DNA of 62,951 bases, counting the filler, from Hyphochytrium catenoides (lineage: Eukaryota > Protista > Hyphochytriomycota), in assembly GCA_900088475.1 (NCBI GenBank). It is 9 parts of 9 records of this genome, joined end to end, with 100 filler letters (N's around TTAATTAATTAA, not from the genome) between each part and the next. Parts side by side here need not be neighbours in the genome. Positions count along the whole stretch, not along the records: positions 38,455 to 53,147 come from FLMG01000902.1; positions 53,248 to 55,391 come from FLMG01002651.1; positions 55,492 to 59,480 come from FLMG01004728.1; 6 more parts are not named here. One strand, written 5' to 3'. Shown here piece after piece: positions 47,253 to 59,580 of this stretch (positions are counted from its first letter, which is position 1; every line of letters begins with the position of its first letter). Under the pieces are notes generated by a model, which was given only the letters and a program-made list of their open reading frames with translations, was not told the DNA's origin and searched no databases. Position numbers and translations under genes: made by a program.

Positions 47253-50200
47253 TACGGCTCTACCGACACATTGATGATGACAGCTTTAAGAGGGATGTGT
47301 GAGAGAGTGAGAAGTTGAGCCGCAACCAGAGGAGTCATAGATCTGCGTAGCCTCGTAGAGAGAGAAAGAAAGGAGGAGGAGTCAACAGCGCGCGCGACCG
47401 TGGCTCCATCGGACAGCTAGCTCTGCCTGGGAAAAAACTGAAGTCAAAAATCTTAGTTAGGAAAGGGCGCCAAGAGGGACGTTTGACCATTGATAAGTTT
47501 ATTTGGAAGGGGAACATTCATTCAGATAGAGGGAATCATAGCGATCTGGCAAACTGACTTCGTATTCTTGTTTCTTCCTCTGCTGTGCAGGAGAAGCCTG
47601 GGGAGAGCGAGAGGGTTGTACCACCGACGTCTGCCTCTAACCCTTTCTCTAGGCAGCTTCGGCTATATGCAGTTCTGTTCGCTACCTGCGCGGCCATGAT
47701 TGGCCTCTCTCTCGTGGGAGAAGTGCTTGTCTCGTCTCTCTCTGTCTTGCTCCTACGGCCGATTACGCCTTCTTCTGTTGCCATCTCCGCCGAAGGAGCT
47801 CGCCTAGCACCTCTTATAGGTCTGGGAAGCGCAGCGCCAACAGGCAACGCAGGAAATCTTAGAGGCGACGATGGCAAAGTACTTGGAGATAGCCCAGAGA
47901 GTAAGAACCCGAACAGAACGGACAGAATCCACAAAGCTCCTCATCCAACGCCTCTCCAGAGACATTGGCCAGTCCCGCCTGAAACTCCCCAAACCACCGC
48001 ACCCGCGGAGCACCAACCAAACCCCGAAGGTCCCACAGAGACGGCTACATCAGCTCCGTCAATTAAAGGCCCGTCTGCCGCTCCGACAGTCCACGATCCA
48101 CTAGAGGATGCGGTACGTGTCTGGCACTCAGACGATGAAGCTACTACTGCGAAGTGGCTGGAGGAAGCACGAGAAGCTTGTCAGATCTATTGCGAGGGCC
48201 GGATTCTTGAGGCTGTGCAGCGCCACAAGATCTTCCAGGACTCTAAGGAGTTCGTTGACATGCCAATGAAGGCGCCAGCAGATGAGGTGAGGAAGCGCCT
48301 GGTAATACTTCGTCACGTGCTGCTGCCAACAGATCCTTGTGTCCTTCCTATTCGTTTATGTTGGTGTCTATAGAAGTTATGCGACCCTTTGCACTGCCTC
48401 AGCGTCAAGTGAGCTGTCACCTGCGCTTTTCTAAGCCTTTCCTTTCCGTCTTCTGGGTTTTCTTGCGCGTGTTAGATTATGAAAGCATTTGACAAGGAGC
48501 TCCCAAACAACTACTCTCGGGCGGACCTGCGCTCTTTTGTCTNNNNNNGAACACGCCATTCTCTTCTTCCCTCTCAGAACCCACTGGTGGTTCCTGGAGG
48601 AAGGTTCCGGGAGAGCTATTATTGGGACACGCTGTGGATTGTCAAGGGATTGCTAGCCTGTGGAATGGTCCAGACCGCGAAAGGAATAGTCGGTAACCTC
48701 TTTGGGCTCGTGCAACTCTTCGGGTAAGTCGTGGAGGGTAGGGTAGCAGAAGAGACACGCTAGAAGTGAAATGATAGGCAAAAACCAGCAGGGCCAGTGG
48801 CCGGTAGCTCTCACTCTTTCAACCATCTCTCCCTTTGCCGCCACCTTCTGACCACATCTTCATCTGCTTTTCCTTTATCTCTAATGGGCCCATCATTCTC
48901 ATGTCGCTTAGCTTCGTGCCAAACGGAGGCCGGATCTACTATATGCATAGAAGGTAAAGACTGCTTCTGCTTAGCTTGTCAGAATGTCCATCCTGTCCCG
49001 TGGGGATACCGGCAAGGCCTCCGTATAATCGATCTCTAACAATTCTTTGAGCAGCCAGCCGCCGATGCTTTCTGAGATGGTAAAAACGGTCTTTGAAGAG
49101 ACAGCGGACATTGCTTTTCTCACTGGCGCAGTGCCCATTCTTGAGAAGGTTCGCTGCCTTCAATGGCGCTTCTTCTCTCCTTCTCCATCTGTGTCCGTGG
49201 ACGTTTGCTCTCTACCCCGCCTGCCGGCTCGACAATCTTCTGGCAGAGGAGTTACCTTCTGTGCACCTCGTCTTTGAATTCTCTTTCCTCGGCCTTTTCG
49301 CTGCATTCTATTTAGGGTCTGCCCATTCTCCTTTGCGCGGTTTCTTCGTTGGTATAATCCCTTGTTATCCGTCAATCCCGTCCTCGATGGTTCTCTAGCT
49401 GTTCTCGAGAGGTGCTTTTCAGTAGCCGCTAAACATTTCCTTGTCTGTAGGAGTACGAGTTTTGGATGTCGCCTGCCAGCGGCCATGCCATAAATGTCTC
49501 TTCTGACAATCAGACGTTCATTCTTAACCGCTACAGCGCGGCAGCCTCCTCTCCTCGTCCTGAAGCGTGGAGAGAGGACACGGCAACCGCCGCACTTCTT
49601 ACTTCCGAGGAAGAGAGAGTGCGCTTCTACTCTAACATTCGCACAGCTGCGGAGACGGGGTGGGACTTTAGCAGTCGGTGGATGAGAAATCAGCTCAAGC
49701 TGTCGACGGTGATGACCACGAACATTCTGCCTGTGGACCTCAATGTGATCATCTACCGTTACGAGCGGAATATGGAGAGCTTCTATAGAAGGCTGTATGC
49801 GGAATATAAGAGAGAAGAGGACAAAGAGAGAGAAAAGGCTTTCGCCATGGCGGCGGAGAGACGGGCGGAAGCGGTTCACACTCTTCTTTGGAACGAGTCG
49901 TCCTACTCTTGGCATGACTACTATCTGCACAAGCGAAGACATTCTCCAGTCATTTCCATCGCCAACTTTCTCCCTCTCTGGGCTGGAATCCCAATGGTAA
50001 GAGTCTTAGAATCTAACCAGCTCCCACCTATCGTTGGTGCTTTGTATTATCGGAAATTTCCTATGACTTCGCCCACAGAGGAGACCCTCCCCACTAACCC
50101 TTGTCAATCGTCTTGAATCTGCAGCCCCAGCTGGGCGTGGACCCTGAGCGTGTAGTTGGGACGTTTCTCTCCAGCGGACTCCTTGAGGTGGGCGCTAAGG

Positions 50201-51116
50201 CTGCCGTTATGCCTGCTTCCCAATGAGCGAATGATGGTGATTTCTTGCGAAAAGCTAACTTTACGGTTTCTCTTCCTTTTCCATGCAGGTTGGCGGGGTA
50301 CGTACCACGCCATTGGTGACCTTTCAGCAGTGGGACAGTCCCAACGCGTGGGCCCCTTTGCAGGAGATGATGATTGAAGGGATGCTGTCGGCGGGCAAAC
50401 TGGGAAAGGAAGTGGCGGTGAGTCCACTCTTTTTCCTTATGTTCTGTCCAGCTCATACTCTGTCTTGGAACACCTGCTCCGTTTGCTCTAACATGTGGTG
50501 GGCCTGCGGAAGTGTCGACGCACTACGCTCGGTCTCTGTCTCTGTTTTTCTCAATGGCCTCACCTCCTATGTTTCTATCCTGCAGGGTAACTTGACGCGG
50601 ACCTTCTTGGGCACGACCTACACTGCGTGGAAGGCTACAGGCTACATGTTTGAAAAGTACAATGCGCTCGAATACGGAGTGGGCGGAGGCGGAGGTAAGA
50701 GGTGAAGCAAGAAGGCTCACATCCTTCCCTCGGGCCATTGGTAGAAGGGACTAATGTTGGTAGAGATCAGAGAGCATGAGAAAGGGATTTTAAGGGAGAA
50801 CGGGTCAGTCTATGGAAGGAAACAAGAGGGGGGAGAGGGTGTATGCTGTCGAAGAACCAACCTCTGTCTTCGTTATTGGACATCAGGTGAGTACAAGCCC
50901 CAAGTTGGCTTCGGTTGGACCAACGGCGTGGTGTTAGACCTTCTCCGCCGACATGCGGAGACTCTCTCTATCTCTCACTTCCCTCGAGTATCACCATCCA
51001 CCCACGGCAAAGACGGTGTCGTTGAACCTGGGGAGTTAAGTGGCAGGGAGAGAAGGCGTGGACGCAAGGGTGACAGCACTGGGGATGCCAGAAAAGTTGA
51101 CGGGCAAGAGCATTGA
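47002..51116 (+). CDS. TREH: trehalase (GH37) with N-terminal membrane anchor and Pro/Thr-rich stalk; internal assembly gap
   Basis: IYCEGRILEAVQ..FQDSKEFVDMP, VVPGGRFRESYYWD, GFVPNGGRIYYMHRSQPP, AAETGWDFSSRW, PVDLN, QQWDSPNAWAP, MFEKYNA..GGGGEYKPQVGFGWTNG; all introns GT-AG. Confidence 0.95.
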
Positions 51117-51543
51117 GTTGGTCCAGGCCAATGCTCTTCCATCTTATTTATCGATCGACTGCTCTCCTACTTTTTGTCCAGAGACCATCTGGCGTTAGGT
51201 AGGTCACTAGCGACAGAACGGGCAACCACAGAGAGAGCTGTGGCGTGACTTTCTGAAACAGAGATGCCCTTTGTAGGCGGCGTGCGGTGGCGGGTTTCTC
51301 TATAAGCTTCTCTCACTTAACAGACTGAAAAGGAGAAAGGTACTCGGTAGCGGAGTATCACCAATAAAAGCGATTCAAATAAACTTCCTTGCTAAGCAGA
51401 AAGCTCAAGACACTGTCTGAGAGATAAAGAGGTGCCGTGATGAGCGGGGGCTTGCAGAAATGAGGAGAAACATCGAACTTCTGACACAATATATATTATT
51501 ATGCCCTAGATGACGGCACACCATCGGATGAAAGCGTTGTTTC

Positions 51544-52894
51544 TTATGGTGCTTCGGACTGCTGTTGCTGCCTCTGCTCCCTTCGACATTGCTCTATGAA
51601 GTCCTCCATCCCTCCTTCCGCCACCAGATGGTCCATGAAGTCTGTAGGCACTCTGTAACCTGAAAGCGGATTGAGTCGCACTCCTTGACCTTCCTGCACC
51701 AATCTGAAGACTGGCAAATCTTCCGATGGCTCGGGCGACTCCGCCAAGGGAAGCAGCTCCGCGATCTCCTCCCAGGTAAACAGCAAGGGGTCTGTCTGGC
51801 GGGCAAAGACGTTGAAGTCCAATAGCCACACCTGAGGAGATAGAAGAGGAGTGAGCACGTAGTACAGAGACTGAGGGCAGAGAGATAGGGCTTCGCACGA
51901 CTTAATAAGTGAGGATGAGAGAGACAAAGAGTGAGAGCGAAGGAGAGAGAAGAGACCTTCTATAGAACAGACCGACAGGGCAGTGCCCGACAGCAGTGCA
52001 TGAAGAAAGAAGAAGACGAAGGATATAACCAACCTTCATCCCCTGGTCGACGTAGAGATCCATGACGAAGTTCGCCTCCGGAAAATGGTTCTCAATAAAA
52101 TCTTCATAGAAATCTTCCATGCGCTCCATAAGAGACTCCTTCATCTCATGAAGAAAGTCCCAGGACGCCGAGCAGTCGCGCTGGGTGATGGCGATCAGGC
52201 GACGGCGATAGACGAAGCAGCGGAACTCCATAGAACTTCGAAGATTAGACCAGGACCGTAACGCCAGGGCGACGGGAAAGCCAGGCCGTGAAGTGGAAGA
52301 AGGATGTGGTTGCGAAGAGGAAGGAGAGGAGGCGTCCGTTGTCAAAGACAGTGAGCAAGAGGCGTCTCTTTCCGAGACAGAGTCGCTTCGAGAAGCGTCT
52401 ACACAATGTTCAAAGGCATGACAGAGATCATGGACAATAAAGTCCGAGCTCTTCAGAAGCAGATAGACGTCTGAAGCCTGCTCACAGCGTAGTGATCCAG
52501 TGATCCAGACAGCGTCTTTAGGGCAGCTCCAATTGAGTTTAGGAAAAGCAGCACCTTTCAGCTCGTTTATCGCGGCAGAGATCTGCGCGTCTAGCAAAGG
52601 AAAGGATGGGAGGGAGATAGACGACTGCTCTTCTCCCTCTTCTTCTTCTTCTTCACCATCAACACCAGAGCACCAGCTTTCCGCGTCGTCATCTCTTCTG
52701 TCTCTCTCTTCCTCAGGCCCTGTCGACGGCAGGACCACGCCGTCCGCTAGCAAATAGCCCACAAAGTCCTCGGGGAGGTCAATCAGCAAGCTCCGAATGG
52801 TGCATTTGCCGCGCGGATGTGCGGCGAAGACGGGATACCAGCGTGTGATAGAGCAGTTCATGACGTGCTCGCGCGTCAAGGGAGGGAGCGCCAT
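51544..52894 (-). CDS. CDC123: Cell division cycle protein 123 (D123, ATP-grasp eIF2 assembly factor), 2 exons
   Basis: Exons 52894-52034 and 51831-51544; NCSITRWYPVF, FPKLNWSCPKDAVWI, DVYLLLKSSDFIVHDL, MEFRCFV, VWLLDFNVF..TDPLLFTWEE. Confidence 0.95.
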
Positions 52895-53147
52895 CCTTTG
52901 GCAGCTTATGGTGCAGCTTCAGCTTCCCTTTATCCTTGCCTTTCTTCTTCCCCGAGCTGCGCGCAGAGCTCGAATCTTCGCCGGAAGCTTTGCTTTCTAC
53001 GTTCCAGCAGCTTCCACCTGCGCTTGGCCTGCCCTCCGGAACTCTGGGTGTGGCATGATGGCGGGAGGACTGCCATCAGCTGTCTCTTGGGCAGTACTCA
53101 GTTGTCTGTCACTCTCTCTGTGCTTGTGGGCCTCTCCCTCTCTCTCT

Positions 53148-53247
53148 NNNNNNNNNNNNNNNNNNNNNNNNNNNNNNNNNNNNNNNNNNNNTTAATTAAT
53201 TAANNNNNNNNNNNNNNNNNNNNNNNNNNNNNNNNNNNNNNNNNNNN
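53148..53247. other. artificial contig linker
   Basis: Same 100-nt spacer. Confidence 0.97.
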
Positions 53248-53309
53248 TTTTAAGGATGCTAGCGGCTAGGCCGTTCCATCTGACATGAGCATTTTTCCCT
53301 TGCTGCTAG

Positions 53310-54543
53310 GTTGCTCATTCCCTTGAGGCTGCAGTGACTGCTGATATTATGAGTAAATTCAAAGGTATGACCTTGGCTGTTGCTTGAACCTTCTCGTTCT
53401 TTTCTTCCTGCCTCCCACTTACGTCTATTTCGCTGTGGTTGCTTCTCTTTTTATCCCATTCTCCGTAGGAGGAGAGAGTCGAGGGGAAAGGGAGCTGTGG
53501 GATACTATTAGACGAGATTGGTATAGGAAGATTCTCGGCAGCGTGCTTCGGCAAGGTGATCATATCAACATTCACGACCAGGCCGTCCTTAATCGCTTCA
53601 GGTACACAATTTAGGGGTTGAGGTCCAGAGAGAGAAGAAGAGGCACCACTAAAGCGGCGGGTAGAAGTCAGAAGCACTCGAGAGAGAGAGGACAACAAGA
53701 GAAGAAGAGTTTTACGGGTTGCTCCACGTAAATAGAAGGGACTTTAGGTCCTCTATTTGCTCATAGCCTGTTTTCTCAATCTAGGAACGTTCATCATATC
53801 CCTGATGCCATCCATGAAGAGCTTCTGCGAGAGATGGGATGGTCCTCGCTAGAGTTTGACAAGGGAGAGAAGACCAAGCTGCAACCCAAGAGGTGATCTT
53901 TATTGTCATCACATGTGTTTGTTACTCCTTACAGTGTCCCCGTCAGGTCCTCTTTTTATCGGCCGCCACGGTCATCTTGTCTATTCTAGGCATTTTTTCG
54001 CATTCTTCCGGCAGTTAGCTTGGTTCTTTGTCCTATTTATACCCTTCGCTCTACTTATCGTGACGCTGTGTGTCTATTAGGCGACGCGGGCTCCGCCACA
54101 CCATTTCTTCCAACCGAGTAACGATCCAAAGCGCACAAGCGATGGGAATGGAAGAGGCAATGGGGGCTGGTTATGCCTATAGTTGGGATCAACAAGAAGA
54201 GAAAGGCGGCGATGTAGAGGATGAAGAAGATGAAGAAGTGCAGAAGAAGAAGCAGAGCACTCAACACGGAACAGGGACGAAGAAGAGGCCACAGCATAAA
54301 GAGAGGGTCATTGTGCGCCGCCCAACAAGACTTGCTCCTAGGCGACAGGCATCAACCGCCACTACTCCATACGATTTCGACCTACCTCCTCCTCCCTCCG
54401 TCTATATGCGACAAAAGTTCAAGGAGGAAGCGGAGAAGCTCAAGTCGAAGGGAGAGAAGCTCAAGGAGGAAGGAGAAAAACTGAAAGCGGAAGGAGAGAA
54501 GCTTAAAGGGGAGGGAAAGAAGCTCAAGGTGATGGTAAGCTAA
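53310..54543 (+). CDS. 3' fragment of a gene with a TerB-like helical domain and a C-terminal heptad repeat
   Basis: Four exons (53310-53364, 53469-53601, 53784-53892, 54080-54543) join in phases 1/2/2: VAHSLEAAVTADIMSKFKG..DWYRKILGSVLRQGDHINIHDQAVLNRFRNVHHIPDAIHEELLREMGWSSLEFDKG..; the tail is (A/G)EKLKxx x5. Confidence 0.7.
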
Positions 54544-55391
54544 CCGAGTGTGACCTGACATCAGGTTGGAGCTTCAAGAAAGAAGGCCGGGAGAACCACC
54601 TCGTAGGGATCCGTCTTTCAGTGCACCTTGGTATCATCGTCGCTTCTGGGGGGCATCCATTCATTCTCTCCTCGCCAGCCACCCTGCGGATCGAGCACCA
54701 GAACTCCTCGCATCAATTGAGAGTTTGCTTCTGTTAACCTCAAAAGGGCGGAATGATAGAGCCAGTCCCGAGGAGGAGATTCGAACAAGGGCCACGCACG
54801 TCAACCACCGAAATTTCTAGAAGAGCATTCTCCATGGGACACAGGCGCCAACAGCGCTTTCCTCCCCACACAAAGCTCTTGGTGCAATAGGCTAGAAGGC
54901 ATGTAGACTGTGACTAGTGGGCGCGGTGCTCTCTTTCTTTCTCCAAGAGTAAACCCTGTGCTGTAGTCTAAACTGTGAGGAAGGCTCTAAGACCGTCGGT
55001 ATGACCCTGATAGCTATGAGACGTCCCCTAAATCCTGACAAGCTTAATAGAGAGAAGGAAAGGTGCTGACGAGCCTTGCAGCCCATGGCTGTTCTTCCGT
55101 CCTGAGGAGAACCGTCTCTAGCATCCCAGAAGAGCTTGCATCCGCAGGTAAGCTGGGTCTGTCGTACGTCCTCCTGCCTTCCTTTGACTCCAGGGGGAGT
55201 TCTGGTTGGTAATGATTTTTAGGAGCCAAATCCGTTTTTGAATGCACAGATTTCGCGGGAGTTTGTCTCGACGCAACTTCTTAGCCCCCTCTCTCCTTCC
55301 TCTCTCTCTCTGCCTCTTTCTCTCTCATAAAGTCTTTGGAAGTTGTTTATCTCCGCAATTCTTTGAAAAGGTCTCTCTCTCTCTCTCTCTC

Positions 55392-55491
55392 NNNNNNNNN
55401 NNNNNNNNNNNNNNNNNNNNNNNNNNNNNNNNNNNTTAATTAATTAANNNNNNNNNNNNNNNNNNNNNNNNNNNNNNNNNNNNNNNNNNNN
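55392..55491. other. artificial contig linker
   Basis: Same 100-nt spacer. Confidence 0.97.
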
Positions 55492-55581
55492 GAGAGAGAG
55501 AGAAGAGAGAGAAACGCTATACGGACGAGAGAGAGAGATTGGTTGTCGCTAGATCATAAAAAATTCATAAGCGCTACTGAC

Positions 55582-56795
55582 ATTATAGCTCAGCTCCTGG
55601 TCTCTAAGCACTTTGAATGTGGGCGCAAACTGAGGCTGAGACTCCGTCCAGCCCACGAAGACGCGCTTGGCTTCTCTCTCCGCTCTAAGCTGGTCTGCCT
55701 TCCAGAGATGATCCCAGGACTGCAAGGTCATCAAAATTAGAAAGGAAAGAAGCAAATGATGGTCAAAGGGGCCGTGAGGCCTTCCACTACGTCCGGGCTT
55801 TCTCTTCTTCTCTCTTTCTTTTCCTGGTGGTTCTCTGCAACCCTCTCTCTTCTCTTTCTCTTTCTCTCTTGTGGCCTTCACGGGGGCCAGTTGGCTTACC
55901 TTGCTCTCTACGAGTTTCTTGACTTCTTCATAGTGCTCCTGGTGTTCTCTCTCTTTCTTGTCCACAATGGGCAGGTCCACACGATAGTTAAGGTCTCCGC
56001 ACCAGNNNNNNNNNNNNNNNNNNNNNNNNNNNNNNNNNNAGAGAGAGAGAGAGAGAGGCAAAGTGCAGCGAAAGATACAGAGTCAGAGAATGGCAGAGAG
56101 AGATAGAAAGTTGAAGGCCAAAAGTTAACAGGAGGAGCGAAAAAAGACCGTGGAGGGGAGAATGGGACAGGACAAGCAGAAGGAGAGAGTTTAGAAGGAA
56201 GCGGACATGATTGCCGGATATGCGTCGTTGGGAAGAGAGATGCTAAGGTTAAAGCAGGGTAACGGAGGAAGGATGGGAGGGAGAGAAAGCGGACCTGAGA
56301 AGAGAGAGAGAGANNNNNNNNNNNNNNNNNNNNNNNNNNNNNNNNNNNNGCTGACAAAGCAGAAAGTGGTTGAGTTCACCTTGAGCTTCACCGCCAGGCC
56401 GCCCTAAGAAGAGTGTGAAGGTTAGGTTCGCCTGCGAAATAAGCAGAAAAGGGAGAGAAGAGAGAGACGTGAAAAGGAAAGGGAGCACAGAAACACGAGA
56501 AGAGCCAAGAACAAAAGAGGAAGAAGAGGGTACATCCAACCCGTCACCTTCACGCCAGGACAAAGAGTGCCAGCTCACCTGGGCGAAGAAAAGATGCGAA
56601 AGTACACACAGGGAGAGAGAGAGAGAGAGAAAGAGAGAGAAAGAAAGAAAGAAAAGAAAGAAAAGAAAGACTTGCCTTGTTTCCAACTACGCCTGCTATG
56701 CCCGTCGCCTCCATCGTCTTCTCCACTCCTTTAACCCTGTTTCTCTTGTGCACGAAGACTGCCAGTNNNNNNNNNNNNNNNNNNNNNNNNNNNNN

Positions 56796-56838
<43 letters not shown>

Positions 56839-56973
56839 GGAAGTAGGAAGTACTAAAAAGCGATGGGTGGCATGTATGTAGCATGTGCAGTGTTCTTTCT
56901 CTCTTTCTGTCTTTCCGGCTCCTTTCCTATGGTCCTCTATCCATCTGACTCACGCCATGACCCACCGGCGTTA

Positions 56974-57013
<40 letters not shown>

Positions 57014-58086
57014 CCGTGTCAAGCCATCCACAGGCTGTCTCTCAAGCACTCATCTGTCTCTCCTGTCTCACCACTGGCTGCGGAGCCCACGACAGCATCC
57101 ATGATCTCATCCTTCAGCCCAGCATTCTTGACTTTGCCGACTGGCTGTGGCTCTCTGAAAGAGGACTTCGAAGGAGAAGAGTCGCCGTCCATAGAGGAAG
57201 ACTTCTTCTTTCTGAAGATCAAGGAGAGGAGTCAAAGCGGTTAGTTTAGATAGCCAGTCCGCAACTGCTTGTAAGAGAAGAGGCACTTCTAAGAAGGCTT
57301 TCCTAGTGCTGAAAGTAGAGAGAGAAAGGGAGAGAGAAAGGGAGAGAGAAAGAGAGAGAGAAAGGGAGAAAGGAAGAGAGAGAAAGAAGGGAAGAGAAGG
57401 AGACAGAGAAAAAGGAGAGGAAGAGGGACTAAGAAAGGGAGAGAACGAGGGAGAGAGAAAGGGAGAGAGAAAGGGACAAAGACAGGGACAGAGAAAGAGA
57501 GAGAATGCGAATGAAAGAGCGGCAGGGAGGGAGAGAAAGAAAGAGAGAGAGAGAGAGAGAAAGATGGAGACGGAGGATGGGAAGTTAGTGCTTACAACCA
57601 GCACAGAGGGAGTGACTCACAGTCCATTGACAAACTTCTTCAACGGAGATCCAGTCTTCTCCTTCTCTTTCTCCTTGGTTGGACTATCTGGACTTCGGTC
57701 CGAGTCAGCTTCATCTTCCTCAGCACCTTTCTGCTTTAGAGAGCTCTCCTGCAGCCCTACAACCACGATATCGAGGTCTCTCCCTCCTGCGCCATGCAAA
57801 CAACACAGGGAAGAAGACAAAAAGAGCGTTGAGATGAGAAGAAGACCAAAGACATGCTGCTTGCTTAAGGGAATGAAAGGGGCTTCAAGTAGGAGAGAGT
57901 GAAGAAGAGAGAGAGAGAGAGAGTAGGAGAAGAAGTGTCGAGGCAGAGGCTACCACTGAAGCGTCACCTTTGGGGATCCAGCCATTCATTGCATCTGCTG
58001 CCTGGGACGGCGTTCTGTTGCCCACATTCCACGAGCTTGATGAGATATGTGAGAGAGAGATTAGATTGGATCGGAGAGGGAGATAA

Positions 58087-58118
<32 letters not shown>

Positions 58119-58195
58119 TCAGATCGCGTCAAGGAAAAGACGTAAAGAATGCGAGGGGTTGAGAGAAAGAGAGGGAACACAGAAACAGAGAGAGC

Positions 58196-58267
<72 letters not shown>

Positions 58268-58681
58268 AAGGAAGAAGCACACAGAGGAAAAGACAGAGAA
58301 AGAGAGGAGAGAGAGGAGAGAAAGAAGTTGAGAAAGAAGAAAACCAAGAGCAGAGGGAGAAGAAGGAGGAGAGAGAAGAGGGAGAAGACAAGAGAGAGGA
58401 AGAAGAGTAAAGAGAGAAAGATACTAGAAGAGAGAAAGAAGAGGGAGAGAGGGATAAGGGTAGACCGTAGTTGGACGTGACAGATTAACACAAAGCCCAT
58501 GGAAGAGTGAATCTATCGAGAAGAGGAGAAACTTACTTCACAAGGAGCTTCAATACCCGCGTATCGTCCTCTTCACCATCCTCCCCCGCCTGGCAGCCAA
58601 CGAGAGGAGAGTCAAAGTTTTGGCCAAGGAACAGAAGTAAGTCGCCCGACACAGAGTTGTGGGAGAGAAGGAGGCTTGAGT

Positions 58682-58731
<50 letters not shown>

Positions 58732-59095
58732 TAGCCAGCAAAAGAAAGCCGGAAGAGGATCATGGATGGGGAGACGAAACGAGATATATAAAGGCCAAGG
58801 GCAGATGGCCAGAAGAGACAGACTCAGTTCTCGGTGTTCTTGCCTTCATCTCAGCTTCTGCTTCGGGGGACGATAGAGCAGCATCCTCCAGCCTGTCTCC
58901 ATCCTCACCCCTGGCTGTCTCTGCTTCCTTGCCTTTCAACTCTTCTTCATTCTGTGCCTGCTGCTGAGCAGTTTCGTCGGTCTGAGAGGGAGGCGGAGAG
59001 GCAGAGAGACAGACTTCAACGGCTTCAGATTTGACTGGCGCGTCATTCTCCTGCGGCTTCTGTCCTCCGTCAGCCCGGTTCGCTGTGTTCTCCAT
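55582..59095 (-). CDS. inositol polyphosphate 5-phosphatase (IPPc/EEP fold), gapped and 3'-truncated
   Basis: NVGTA-like N-terminal motif exon at about 58020, RDLDIVVVGLQES, ATGIAGVVGNK|GGLAVKLKVNSTTFCFVS, WCGDLNYRVDL, DQLRAER..VFVGWTESQPQFAPTFKV; acidic N-terminal extension from ATG 59095. Confidence 0.9.
58074..58452. repeat. polypurine / (AG)n tract (intron of the 5-phosphatase gene)
   Basis: About 380 nt almost free of pyrimidines on the + strand. Confidence 0.85.
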
Positions 59096-59480
59096 CGCTG
59101 CCTAGTTCAATGTCCCCAAGGTACTGAATATGCTCCAAGCAGTCGATTGAAAGCTGGGAGAGAGCCACGGACCACCGAAAGAAGAGAACCTATCTCTGCT
59201 GAGGGTTTAGCTGGCTGAGATCGCTCTCTTCAGTACCCGCGGCTGTAGACTCAGGTTGCTCCTTCCTGCTGATTCGCCCTTTCGATGCAATCTGCTCTAG
59301 AGCTTGTCGAATGACCCTGAGCCAGTACTTTCATAGATTAACTCTCGCCTCTTTCTCTCTGTCTCTGTTTCCTTCTTGCTTTGTTCTCGCTTCTTTTACC
59401 CTCTCTCAACCCGTATGTCTCTCTCTCTCTCTCTGGCCCTCTCTCTCAGGCCCTCTCTCTCAGGCCCTCTCTCTCTCTCT

Positions 59481-59580
59481 NNNNNNNNNNNNNNNNNNNN
59501 NNNNNNNNNNNNNNNNNNNNNNNNTTAATTAATTAANNNNNNNNNNNNNNNNNNNNNNNNNNNNNNNNNNNNNNNNNNNN
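59481..59580. other. artificial contig linker
   Basis: Same 100-nt spacer. Confidence 0.97.

Noticed and set aside
49160-49942. 260-aa minus-strand ORF
   Set aside because: Antisense to trehalase exons, with no motif.
53315-53698. Minus-strand ORF starting with a mitochondrial-presequence-like MLSSLSRVLLTSTRRFS
   Set aside because: Starts at a non-ATG codon and is antisense to a four-exon + strand gene whose splice phases are all consistent; treated as a shadow ORF.
57107-58500. Many ORFs rich in LSLSLS or ERERER
   Set aside because: These are translations of AG/CT microsatellites in introns; the same applies throughout the window.
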